DNA of 63,675 bases, filler included, from Octopus bimaculoides (lineage: Eukaryota), in the NCBI RefSeq assembly GCF_001194135.2. It is 5 parts of 5 records of this genome, joined end to end, with 100 filler letters (N's around TTAATTAATTAA, not from the genome) between each part and the next. Parts side by side here need not be neighbours in the genome. Positions count along the whole stretch, not along the records: positions 26,617 to 44,670 come from NC_068986.1; positions 44,771 to 57,671 come from NC_069006.1; 3 more parts are not named here. One strand, given 5' to 3'. The translations under genes and the position numbers were made by a program. The notes beneath the pieces are model-generated. The model ran no database searches. It saw only the letters and a program-made list of their open reading frames with translations, and had not been told where the DNA came from. This document shows, piece after piece, positions 40,865 to 53,128 of the stretch (position 1 is the stretch's first letter; the number at the start of each line of letters is the position of its first letter).

Positions 40865-41806
40865 GTTTACGACGAAGATTCCACTTGATCCGACCAATTG
40901 AACAGCCTGCTCCTGAAATTAACGTGCAAGTGGCTGAGAATTAGGGTGGAGTGAAAATTAAAAGAATGTGGAAATTGAAAATGCCTGAGGGCTAAAATGT
41001 TGCTATGTTTGATTACTAGAAAAATGCTAAATTTTCGCTGAGATCAATCAAGTGCATTTACTCCCTGAAGCCCCTTGCACTCCGAAAATGGGGAAGTTTT
41101 GTAAATTTTTTACAATAGCAGAGTTTGGGAGATTTGAGGCAGTAAATGCTCTTGACTGATCTAATAAAAAAAATTAAGCATTTTTCTATTAATAATTTTC
41201 TATTGATAATAATATACATGTCTGTGTGTGGGGGGATATGGGTTGTGTAATCTAGGGTGGAGTGAAAATAACAAAATTGTAGAAATTGAAAATGCCTAAG
41301 ACCTAAAATCTTTCTATATATCATTACTAAAAAATGCTAAATTTTCACTTACATCAATCAAAGGCATTTACTCCCTCAAACCCCCGAACTCCGCTATTGT
41401 AAAAAGTTTACAAAAATCCCCCATTTTCGGAGTTTAGGGGGCTTGGATGAATAAATACTTTTCATTGATCTCAGCGAAAATTTAGTATTTTTCTAGTAGT
41501 TAAATATAGCAGCATTTTAGCCCTCAGGCATTTTCAATTTCTACAATTTTTTATTGTCACTCCACTCTATTGAGTATTCCACAGACATGCGACCCCTCAA
41601 AATAGTTCTCAGGAAGATTCAGTGTGACACAGATTGTGACAAGGCTGGCCCTTTGAGTTACAGATACAATTCACTTTTGCCAGCTGAGTGGACTGAAACA
41701 ACGCAAAGTAAAGTGTTTTGCTCAAAGGTACAACCCACCGCCGTGAATCGAACTCGTAACCTTACGATCATGAGCCGAACATCCTACCCACTAAGCAACG
41801 CGCCTT
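40865..41806 (-). mobile_element. SINE family D copy split by a MITE insertion
   Basis: 40865-40941 and 41570-41806 join into the reverse complement of 40404-40729 (gtgcaagtggctgag | ttccacagaca). Confidence 0.85.
40942..41569. mobile_element. Non-autonomous hAT-like composite MITE (628 bp)
   Basis: Ends TAGGGTGGAGTG...CACTCCACTCTA; 8-bp flanks CTGAGAAT (40934-41) and TTGAGTAT (41570-77), 6/8 identical; a third terminal copy starts at 41253. Confidence 0.75.
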
Positions 41807-42333
41807 CTCTAGTGTATAATGTTGGCTCAACTTCGCTTATAGGACGCGGGGAAATTTTTATGAGACGTCTTCGGGAAAAATGGGCGTCTTATATTTTATC
41901 AAATATATAAATGGCTAATTTAAAGCCTTCAAATGTAATATTTTTGGAATGCCTGACTGTGTTGCGCTACCAATAGACTATAATACGATGATTGTTACAT
42001 GACATTTATTCATCATAGTTTATTTTTGTCTGTATTTTATTACCTGGTCTTAACTAGTAACATCGGCTAGTTTTACATGCCGCAGTTACGCTCCAGTGCT
42101 CTTTAGTATATGTTTGACTACAGCTTCCTTGTTAATTGGGAATTTCCGATATAAATACTCAATTATTAATTCTCTGTCCGGTAATTTTCCGTTCAACTGC
42201 CTTAGGAGAATACTTCTGTTTGATATTACAAATCATTCTACAGACGTTTGCTTATTACTCATGGCCAGGCTCCTTTTATCGCAAAACATTTCATTACGTT
42301 ATTGTTTACATGCTGTTATTATTATTATTGTTG

Positions 42334-42426
<93 letters not shown>

Positions 42427-42427
<1 letters not shown>

Positions 42428-42640
42428 GGCGGCGAGCTGGCAGAATCGTTGGCGTGCCGGGTGAAATGCTTAGCGGTATTTCGCCCTTCGCTCCGATCTG
42501 AGTTCAAATTCCGCCGAGCTCGACTTTGCTTTTCATCCTTTCGGGGTCGATAAACTAAGTACTAGCTGAGTCATGCGGTCGATGTAATCGACCAGTCCCC
42601 ACCACCAAATTACCTGGCCTTGTGCTTATAGTAAAAAGGA
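42427..42640 (+). mobile_element. tRNA-SINE family B copy between (ATT)n tracts
   Basis: ggcggcgagctggcagaatcgtt head, gagttcaaattcc B-box-like, core tttcatcctttcggggtcgataaa. Confidence 0.88.
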
Positions 42641-42654
42641 TTATCATCATTATT

Positions 42655-43205
42655 ATTATTGAGTGAGAGAGCTGTGTATACCATCAAAGAGACACTGGGG
42701 TACAAATATACGAAGTCCAGTATGCCCATCATGACTACCCGTTTGATAAGGGTACACCAAGTACATGCATCACAACCATATGTGCGTGACATAGTGATCT
42801 CATATCAAGATAAACAGCGCATGACTTCGCAGGTGGGGCCCAGTTAGAATTTTCTTCAGGTCGAGTAGTCCATCCCGCTCAAAAGTTCCCTGAATAAGGG
42901 TTGTTTAAAGATGTTAAACGAAACACCCCTGTTTTCAAAGGTGAATTACCCAAACCACAAAGAATTCCTCTCAACACATGGCTATGATGCTCCCCCACTA
43001 CTTCTGCTCGTGATCAGAGGTGCACATATCGCCAGCCACTAAGGGACATGTTCAACCGGTAAAGGTCAAGCAACCTACAATCAAATTTCTTGTATTGAGC
43101 AGAATATTTGCCCATCCACCAAGACAAAACAATGTACATGGTAACACTTCCAATCAATTAAGATCAGAAACCATGAGAGCCACTGCTTGGTACTGCATCA
43201 GGGCA
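42655..43205 (-). mobile_element. About 550-bp unclassified interspersed repeat flanked by (AAT)n in its own orientation
   Basis: Ends ...ctctctcactcaataataat on the minus strand; a partial homologue of this end lies at about 57148-57215. No coding similarity recognised. Confidence 0.55.
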
Positions 43206-43253
43206 TTTATAATAATAATTATTATTGTTATTATAATTATAATTATAATTATA

Positions 43254-43361
<108 letters not shown>

Positions 43362-43391
43362 ATCACCATCATCATCTTCATTATTATAATT

Positions 43392-44410
43392 TTATGTTTG
43401 ACTTTTGGTTTGTATTTGTACAAGTTGGCTCCAAGTTTCACCCAGAGACCTCAAGAGACAAAAAGTTAGAAGTTCATGTTGGTGTTATGCCTAGGGTGTC
43501 ATATATTTGGTTTTGTACATAGTATTATTCTAGAGAATATTTAAGAACCCATAAGAAAATTATGTGTTTGTTTTAAAATTTGAGATTACATAGAAAGTAT
43601 TTTACGTAGGATATGGGCAGTTACCATGAGCACTATCTTTTGAATTTCTGCCATTTTGGGGTTTCCTGGTATCTGCGCTAGGTAGCAATCAGCCCCTTTG
43701 CTATCATTGTCAGGGCACCTATGACAACAGGTATTGTTTTAGTCTTCAGGTTCCACATTTTGCTAATTTCTGTTTCAAGATCTTTTTACTTGCTCAGATT
43801 TTGGTAGGTCTTGACAGATACGTTTATATCGATTGGGACAGTCATATCAATGAGGAGGCATGATTTTTGTCTGAAGTCTTTCAATATGATGTCTGGCATA
43901 TTTGCATCTATCTTTCTGTCAGTTTGAATGGTGAAGTTCCAAAGGAGTGAGATGTGATAATTTTCAAGCACTTGAGGTGGTTTTTGTTCCCATCATGGGG
44001 CAAGTCCAGGTTTTTGCAAATTACCCAGTGAATATATTGTGCAGCTCTATCATGTCCGTTGAGATACTCTGTAGGCACAAGAAGACTTCACATGGAGACA
44101 ACATAATCAATGGTTTCATTTTGTTGTTGACATACACATGTTGGGAAGCTGCCGTTCTTTAATATGTTGGCCTGGTAGTTCCTTGTAGGTAGGCATTGAT
44201 CTTGGGCTGCTATGATAAACCCTTCTGTTTCTGATTTTAAGCCAGAAGCCATCGACCATTGATGGGTAAGGGCTTTGTCAACATCGGCATTATTCGCTCT
44301 CTTTGGGTATTTGCCATTGAGATGTTTTTCTTGCCATTTATCAGTCAGAATATCTAAGGCAGCAGTTTTAGCACGGGTTTTCATGCGCTTAGCTTTTTCG
44401 GCGCTTGTAT
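43392..44410 (-). mobile_element. R4/Dong-clade LINE 3' end (zinc knuckle plus RLE), 5'-truncated
   Basis: LKSETEGFIIAAQDQCLPTRNY, LWNFTIQTDRKIDANMPDIILKD...LIDMTVP, WNLKTKTIPVVIGAL, AHILRKIL; both junctions fall in (AAT)n. Confidence 0.93.
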
Positions 44411-44569
44411 TATTATTATTGTTTTTTTTCTTCTTTTTTCAAATTTTCTTCCATTTCTCGCCGAGTGTTTTCCGTACACCTAGGGTAGAGAAGCTCATTG
44501 TATGCATTCCCAGTTTACACACGCAAATATGTATTTAAAAAATAACGATTCTGCAGGCCCACCACCTTA

Positions 44570-44630
<61 letters not shown>

Positions 44631-44799
44631 GTAATGGTGAGAAGGGTGAAAGGTATGGCACATCGTTAGCNNNNNNNNNNNNNNNNNNNNNNNNNNNNNN
44701 NNNNNNNNNNNNNNTTAATTAATTAANNNNNNNNNNNNNNNNNNNNNNNNNNNNNNNNNNNNNNNNNNNNGTCAACAACTATGGAATCAGATCGAGGAA

Positions 44800-45260
44800 A
44801 CACCCACCCACCCAAAATCTCGGACCTCGAACCCTTCGAGGGGAACCTACTGAGTATCATTCCAAGCTGAAATTTCGTAAGTCCTCGTCCTCCTTCCAAC
44901 ACAAGCTCCGGGCTGACATTAAATTACGATAGACTATTAAAAAATAATATCACACGAAATTATAGGCGCGCTTCCCCACACACATATAGCGACATCAAAA
45001 GTGAAGCCAGAAATTTAGCCAACAAACTAGAGATAGCTGATAGGGTAAAGATCCTCGCTAAAAGAAACGCCTTCGTCACCATAAAAGATCATAAACCGAA
45101 CTTTGCCTCAAATCCTAAATGCCACCTGATCAATCCGGCCAAATCCGAGATCGATCTGGCGAGCAAGCACATATTAAGTGGGATAAATAACGACATAAGG
45201 AAGGCCATCGACATTTCCGTGAAGCGCAACACGAACGAAGTAACCACATGGTTTAACACC
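44800..45260 (+). mobile_element. Penelope-like element RT N-terminal fragment (probably Naiad-type)
   Basis: DLEPFEGNLL...KFRKSSSSFQHKLRADIK, YDRLLKNNITRNY, AFVTIKDHKPNFASNPKCHLINPAKSEI. Naiad assignment is from recalled motifs (KDHK, C.LINP). Confidence 0.75.
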
Positions 45261-46272
45261 AACAATGAAAGAGACAGAAAAATACAAAACAAAAAGGAAA
45301 GTGTATGGAGGAAAATAAAGCAAAAGTAGATAAAATAAAGAAATAAGAATGATATAAACAGAAGAAAAAACAGAGAAGCAAAAGAAAACAACAAAGTACA
45401 GTAATTCCAAAGAGGAATGGTTGTTGGAAGGGTGCACTTTCCAGTCGGTTAATATACATTTGTTGATGTGGAAACAATTGTGAATATCCTCTTTTGTGAG
45501 ATAAGACAAGTCTTAGAAACTTTAAAACTTCGTAACATTCGTCGTTAAAACAATTTCTGTAAAGAAGACCATCACATTATTTTCCGTTAACCTTTTGTTT
45601 TTCCTGGGGAGGGAGGGAGAGGGGTGGAGAGAGGGAGAGGGNNNNNNNNNNNNNNNNNNNNNNNNNNNNNNNNNNNNNNNNNNNNNNNNNNNNNNNNNNN
45701 NNNNNNNNNNNNNNNNNNNNNNNNNNNNNNNNNNNNNNNNNATATAATGTGTGTGTGTATATTGTATACGTAAATATGTGTGTGTGTGTGTACATAGATT
45801 TGTGTATATATGTATGTGTGTTCGTATGCCTGTGTATGTGTATGTGTGCGTCGACGTGGAGTTTATAGTACTGTGGTTATCTATTTGTTACCAGGTTAAA
45901 CAACGTACAGAGCAAGTTAACCTTTCGTTGAATCAAATTAAGCAACCATATTAGGTAAATATAAGATATATTATACATCGAAGGATTGTGTAAATTGCAC
46001 TGACTGAAAATGCAATCGCCACAGTTATTTCGTCACATGTTCAAAGGAAGGGGTTGGAAAACTAGAATCAATGAATGATAAAACAACAACACTAAAGTGG
46101 GCGAAGGAGAGTAATGTGACTGAGGTAGTGAGCGGTAAGCATAAAAGAAAGAGAGAAGCAGTCAGAGAGAGAAAGAAAAATAGTGTAAGAGATATGAATA
46201 GATTTTTGAGAGGGTGAGAGAGGTGTATAAGAGTGGTTTATCTTAGAAAACTGTTAATATTTGGCATACGAT

Positions 46273-46280
46273 TATATAAA
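46273..46280 (+). promoter_or_regulatory. Candidate TATA box of the CYP gene
   Basis: TATATAAA ending 31 nt before the ATG at 46312. Confidence 0.6.
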
Positions 46281-46311
46281 CACTTAATTCGCTAACAAGG
46301 CAAGAGTAACG

Positions 46312-46385
46312 ATGGATGTGTTCGGCTTGACAGATTATGCCACTACTTTGGCACTCGTAGCTGTGCTTATTTTAACTTTCTATCT
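46312..46385 (+). CDS. Cytochrome P450 clan 3 (CYP3A-like), exon 1 (74 nt, N-terminal membrane anchor)
   Basis: ATG in strong context (aacgATGG); MDVFGLTDYATTLALVAVLILTFY(L); donor CT|GTGAGT at 46386, phase 2; splices in frame to the next three exons. Confidence 0.9.
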
Positions 46386-46783
46386 GTGAGTATTGCATTT
46401 ACTTCCAAACTAAAATTGCTGATTTATATAATAACCGGAATGGTGTCCCCGTCTCCGTTGTTGCTCCTCACTAAGTTTCGGCTCTTCACGTTCCGCCCTT
46501 TTTCCGGTGTCTTGTGATTCACTCAAGTGTCTTGCTCGAAATTGAACTCACAACCTCTAGATGGCTGCACTGCATTAAGCGCCTTTATCCACTGCATTAT
46601 ATTCGTAGACAGTGCCAGGTTTATAAGGCAACTGAAGGCTGGAGTGTACTCAGCCGAAACGTAGTGAAAACCTACGATTAAAATAATGAAACCACTTCGA
46701 CTCATACATAATATTAAAAAAAAACTACTTCTCTCAGAAATACAGAATTGTAAAATTACTATGTAGACACACACACACACACA

Positions 46784-46822
<39 letters not shown>

Positions 46823-47581
46823 TGTATCCATACATATATGTACATACCTACATCTATATGTATACATACATGCATATATGGGTACAGAACATAAAAAAAA
46901 AAGCAAAACACAATTAGAAACGAAAACAGAAAAACGAAAACAGAAAACGAACTTTTTTCGAACATCGAAAAAAACAAACAGAGAAACGAGGCATGCAACA
47001 TAAAGAGTACATCCCTTCGACGATATGAATTATATTGTCCTCAGTACATAACTGGTTTTATTTTTGTGGTCTTAAACGAACGAAAAGTAAAATTTGTCTT
47101 GGTGGTTATTTAATGTATGACGTATTACACAATGCATTTCATAAGGACGCAAAATGTGTGATAGAAAAAACGTTTTATGGTTTGCACAGTCATTGATACA
47201 GCGCTAGCAAAGCAGGGCAGGTGGTAATGATCTTTTCATGCAAGTTAATGAATTGTCTCTAGTTTTTCTTCCGCTACCAGTACAGTTTGGACAGGTGTAG
47301 GGTTTCGCTTTGTTGTTGAAGCAAATATTTATATATATGTATATATACACTATTTTATATTGAGAATATACTGTCTATTGACTTTTTATACATACTAGGC
47401 CAGTGGTAGTGAAATTTAAAAAAAAAACTCGCTACCCTATATATTTTATGTATATATTTTTCATTCCTTTTGAAGATTGCTCTTAAATGTGGCTTTGGTC
47501 GTTTTGACTGCTCCTTCTAGCGTGTAAACACTGCTTGCTGAAGGCAGTTTTCTCTTGTGTTTAAATGTACACTATTTCATA

Positions 47582-47643
<62 letters not shown>

Positions 47644-47653
47644 NNNNNNNNNN

Positions 47654-47700
<47 letters not shown>

Positions 47701-47824
47701 CACACACATACACTCACACACACACATTAATGCTCACATATATATACATATACACACACTCACACACACATACATATATATACATACATACATATATATA
47801 TATACATAGCAGAAATGAAATGGT

Positions 47825-47956
47825 ACACTATGTATGTATGAAGTAGTTGTATGCTGTCAACTTAACGTGACATTCCCCTGAACAGTAGTATTATTCCCTT
47901 CAAGGGACTGTCACAGTAAGTTGACAGCATACAACTACTTCATACATACATAGTGT
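47825..47956. repeat. Near-perfect 132-nt hairpin in CYP intron 1
   Basis: 47825-47864 pairs perfectly with 47917-47956 (40 bp); the stem extends to 58 bp with 4 mismatches; 16-nt loop at 47883-47898. Confidence 0.95.
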
Positions 47957-47977
47957 CTGACACACAGACAGAGATAA

Positions 47978-48013
<36 letters not shown>

Positions 48014-48587
48014 GTAATAAAAAAAATGGCAATCCATTGATAATCTATAGATATTTTAATGCATCGCGACGGATTAGTATTCTCCGTGGATTATCATTGT
48101 TATTGTTGTTGTTGTTGTGCTTGTTGTTGTTGTTGTTATAATTACAACATTTATACTACATTATATCGGCGAACTCGGTACAATCCCATAAAACTGGTAT
48201 GGCTAGTCGGTATCGTTACGCTGTAGCCGACATAAGAAAATACCTTTTATAGGCATACACATAAAACATTGTGTATGTACCCTCCCCACCCCACACACAC
48301 AACTGAAAACATTGTAGTCAACAAGAAGAACGGTTGAATACTTATTTTTTAATCAGCAACAATTGTTTCCTAGCAACGTAGTTCTCCAGGTGTGCAGGTA
48401 CTTGATTATGCAACTGTTTCCCTGCATTATGAGATCTAGTTGTGTTTCCTCAGGTAAATATTGTGTCCATAAGTTTGTAATCCTCGGCTTCGAAAAAATC
48501 TCCTCTGTCATGGCCGGAATTTAGTAGTAGTCATTGAGCTTATGAGGCTGTGTTGTTGCTGAAGGACTCCCTAGACACAACAGACTA

Positions 48588-48651
<64 letters not shown>

Positions 48652-48995
48652 ATTACTTCGGGACTAATGTGTTTGTCTATTAGTGAGTCAATATGTTGAG
48701 CAAAGCACTAGCAGAGTTTGGGCCACCTGGTGTCAACCGCTAATAAAGCAGGTAAATACCAATATGACTGCCAAAACTCAATATTTTTAGTGGGACACTA
48801 TGTATCTGACGTGATCCAGACTACAGAAATTGATGCAACGCAATAGGATGCACAGCATTCCACATAAATGCCAGTCGCAGGATGAGTAGAAACGATTGTG
48901 GTACGGAATAAAGACTAATATGAAATCCAACTTGTTTCCTTAATTGATTACATATATATATATATATGGGTGTGTGTGTTTTATATGTGTGTGTT

Positions 48996-49029
<34 letters not shown>

Positions 49030-51305
49030 CTTCTGTTCCTGAGTATTGTTTTACACATATATACATATGTATGTTCTTATGTATATATATATGTTCTTAT
49101 GTATATATGTATACATTTATCAAAATATATAATATTATTGATCCATTAGAATCGATCTTATTGGTTTATGAGGGGATATTCAATAATCGGACAGAATATT
49201 CGATTATCTCATAATTGTGCCCGTGACATGTGGCAGGAAAGGCTACATGTGTGTTTAAAGAGGCAAGTCTTTTTTACAAGTGTGCTAAAATGTATAACGA
49301 ATTACCAAAACTGTTGTGCTTCCTTAACGGTTCAACACTCCGCCCCTATACTCTATGTGGTTTGAAAAGAGCGATCACATCTCAATATATGTTAGACCGC
49401 ATTACGCATGTTTGCACAAGTTGATTGTCAACATTACGTAAATAATTAAGCGGTTGGGCAATCGGTCGAGTGATTGTGCAATCTTGTTAATTATACCGAA
49501 ATAGCGTGCCAATCAGATTACATCATAGCGCAGTCAGTTTGTGTTAGTGACGACCAGCTTATAGCGATGCGTTCATAAAGTTTCAAATTACGTTTTGAAT
49601 TTTGTGTCTTTCTGATATATATATATATAATTCAATTTTGGGGAATTAATCGATATGTGGGTATTCTATTGCAGATAATACAAAAATAACCTAATGAGTA
49701 TGTCTAACAGTAAACTCATGGTATCAGTTTGCACATCACGAAATAATACTTAAAGTATATAACCAAAATTACCAGCAGGGTATATAATATACTTCATTAA
49801 TTATATCCTACTTTAGTTAATACTTATATTTATTAAATATGAAGGAACTACACGTGTTTCAGTATTGGAAGATTACAATATATANNNNNNNNNNNNNNNN
49901 NNNNNNNNNNNNNNNNNNNNNNNNNNNNNNNNNNNNNNNNNNNNNNNNNNNNNNNNNNNNNNNNNNNNNNNNNNNNNNNNNNNNNNNNNNNNNNNNNNNN
50001 NNNNNNNNNNNNNNNNNNNNNNNNNNNNNNNNNNNNNNNNNNNNNNNNNNNNNNNNNNNNNNNNNNNNNNNNNNNNNNNNNNNNNNNNNNNNNNNNNNNN
50101 NNNNNNNNNNNNNNNNNNNNNNNNNNNNNNNNNNNNNNNNNNNNNNNNNNNNNNNNNNNNNNNNNNNNNNNNNNNNNNNNNNNNNNNNNNNNNNNNNNNN
50201 NNNNNNNNNNNNNNNNNNNNNNNNNNNNNNNNNNNNNNNNNNNNNNNNNNNNNNNNNNNNNNNNNNNNNNNNNNNNNNNNNNNNNNNNNNNNNNNNNNNN
50301 NNNNNNNNNNNNNNNNNNNNNNNNNNNNNNNNNNNNNNNNNNNNNNNNNNNNNNNNNNNNNNNNNNNNNNNNNNNNNNNNNNNNNNNNNNNNNNNNNNNN
50401 NNNNNNNNNNNNNNNNNNNNNNNNNNNNNNNNNNNNNNNNNNNNNNNNNNNNNNNNNNNNNNNNNNNNNNNNNNNNNNNNNNNNNNNNNNNNNNNNNNNN
50501 NNNNNNNNNNNNNNNNNNNNNNNNNNNNNNNNNNNNNNNNNNNNNNNNNNNNNNNNNNNNNNNNNNNNNNNNNNNNNNNNNNNNNNNNNNNNNNNNNNNN
50601 NNNNNNNNNNNNNNNNNNNNNNNNNNNNNNNNNNNNNNNNNNNNNNNNNNNNNNNNNNNNNNNNNNNNNNNNNNNNNNNNNNNNNNNNNNNNNNNNNNNN
50701 NNNNNNNNNNNNNNNNNNNNNNNNNNNNNNNNNNNNNNNNNNNNNNNNNNNNNNNNNNNNNNNNNNNNNNNNNNNNNNNNNNNNNNNNNNNNNNNNNNNN
50801 NNNNNNNNNNNNNNNNNNNNNNNNNNNNNNNNNNNNNNNNNNNNNNNNNNCTCACACACACACACAGACAGACACACACACACACACACTAAAACACACA
50901 CGCACAAACACGCACGCACTCACTCACTCACTCACACACACACACATTTACTCACAAGGTTCTGATCGGCCCGAGGCTATAGTAGAAGACACTTACCCAA
51001 GGTTCAACGCAGTGGTACTGAACCCAGAAGCATGTGGTTGGGAAGCAAGCTTCTTACTCCACAGGTTATATATATATGTATGTATGCATGCGTGTATATA
51101 TGTATGTATGAATGTATGTATGCATGTTCTCTTTCTCTTTTTAATTTTTGAGTACATTTTGGCCAGGCTTGGTTGCAAGCTTGTGAAGTGAAGTATCTTG
51201 TTTTAATAATCAACCCCTAAAGTTTAAGAAGCTCTTGCAGATTTTTATACATGTGGTCAATAAAAACATCATTATTAATGTATTTCATTTATTTTTCTTC
51301 GTTAG

Positions 51306-51402
51306 GTTTGGAAGAAGAAACTTTTCATATTTCAAAGAACTCGGTCTCTCTGGTCCCGAACCTATTTCTCATCTAGGAAACATGATGGAAATGAATAAAT
51401 TG
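51306..51402 (+). CDS. CYP3A-like exon 2 (97 nt, proline-rich hinge)
   Basis: Acceptor tttttcttcgttag; FGRRNFSYFKELGLSGPEPISHLGNMMEMNKL matches the P450 hinge (human CYP3A4 FKKLGIPGPTPLPFLGN); donor TTG|GTAAAT, phase 0. Confidence 0.93.
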
Positions 51403-51429
51403 GTAAATTCAATTTCATTTTTTCTTGTT

Positions 51430-51918
51430 TTAGTTTTTCTTGCCACAGTGGAATAACTCTGTGCTTTCGGCATGAAGTCTCTTCTTGAACTCCCTCAAAA
51501 CTTCCATAACTTCCTCTTTGTTGGTCATCTGGCCAAAAAGACCCCAGTGAGTGTGGATGATGCCCTTGCTGTTGAAAAAAGAAATCACCAAGTGCTTTCT
51601 GGTGGACTTGCTTTACACAGCCTTGCAGGGTCTGAGTGTGCCAAGATGCTTCCACTGGGCACTCTATCTCTTGGCCACTGGATCATAACAGTAGACCAGC
51701 TTCAGTCACAGGTCATCCTTCTCTATGTCACTAAGCAAATTTTGTGCATGTTCAGATCTTCATGAATAATTCCGTGTACAGTTACCACACCAATTCCAAA
51801 CTCTATGTTTATTGTCTTTACAGACATCTGATGGTCTCCACTCAGAAAATTGTGAACTTTCTCAAACAGCTCTGATGTTCTGACATCCCTCTCCCTCCCA
51901 TATTCCTCATTGTCTCTC
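51430..51918 (-). mobile_element. Degenerate mariner transposase fragment in CYP intron 2 (antisense)
   Basis: DNEEYGRERDVRTSELFEKVHNFLSGDHQMSVKTINIEFGIGVVTVHGIIHEDLNMHKIC resembles the mariner GRP/HTH/KV..WVP region. Confidence 0.75.
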
Positions 51919-53128
51919 NNNNNNNNNNNNNNNNNNNNNNNNNNNNNNNNNNNNNNNNNNNNNNNNNNNNNNNNNNNNNNNNNNNNNNNNNNNNNNNNNN
52001 NNNNNNNNNNNNNNNNNNNNNNNNNNNNNNNNNNNNNNNNNNNNNNNNNNNNNNNNNNNNNNNNNNNNNNNNNNNNNNNNNNNNNNNNNNNNNNNNNNNN
52101 NNNNNNNNNNNNNNNNNNNNNNNNNNNNNNNNNNNNNNNNNNNNNNNNNNNNNNNNNNNNNNNNNNNNNNNNNNNNNNNNNNNNNNNNNNNNNNNNNNNN
52201 NNNNNNNNNNNNNNNNNNNNNNNNNNNNNNNNNNNNNNNNNNNNNNNNNNNNNNNNNNNNNNNNNNNNNNNNNNNNNNNNNNNNNNNNNNNNNNNNNNNN
52301 NNNNNNNNNNNNNNNNNNNNNNNNNNNNNNNNNNNNNNNNNNNNNNNNNNNNNNNNNNNNNNNNNNNNNNNNNNNNNNNNNNNNNNNNNNNNNNNNNNNN
52401 NNNNNNNNNNNNNNNNNNNNNNNNNNNNNNNNNNNNNNNNNNNNNNNNNNNNNNNNNNNNNNNNNNNNNNNNNNNNNNNNNNNNNNNNNNNNNNNNNNNN
52501 NNNNNNNNNNNNNNNNNNNNNNNNNNNNNNNNNNNNNNNNNNNNNNNNNNNNNNNNNNNNNNNNNNNNNNNNNNNNNNNNNNNNNNNNNNNNNNNNNNNN
52601 NNNNNNNNNNNNNNNNNNNNNNNNNNNNNNNNNNNNNNNNNNNNNNNNNNNNNNNNNNNNNNNNNNNNNNNNNNNNNNNNNNNNNNNNNNNNNNNNNNNN
52701 NNNNNNNNNNNNNNNNNNNNNNNNNNNNNNNNNNNNNNNNNNNNNNNNNNNNNNNNNNNNNNNNNNNNNNNNNNNNNNNNNNNNNNNNNNNNNNNNNNNN
52801 NNNNNNNNNNNNNNNNNNNNNNNNNNNNNNNNNNNNTATATATATATATATATATATATATCTTTGTTTGTGTGTGTGTGTAGGTGCATGTGTGTGTATG
52901 CGCGCGTGTGTGAGTTACATCTCACTGTCTAGGTGAACAGGACAATATTCCTCCTGATCAGAAGCCTACTCCATCACAGGGTGACCCACTGACAGCTGAG
53001 TGGACTGGAACAACATGAAAGGCAACATGTCTAACCACTAAGCACTATACATTCACATCTTAATACATAATACTTAAAACATTCCTATGTGCTTTATTAT
53101 AATATTTCAGATAGAATCAGTGATGTTA

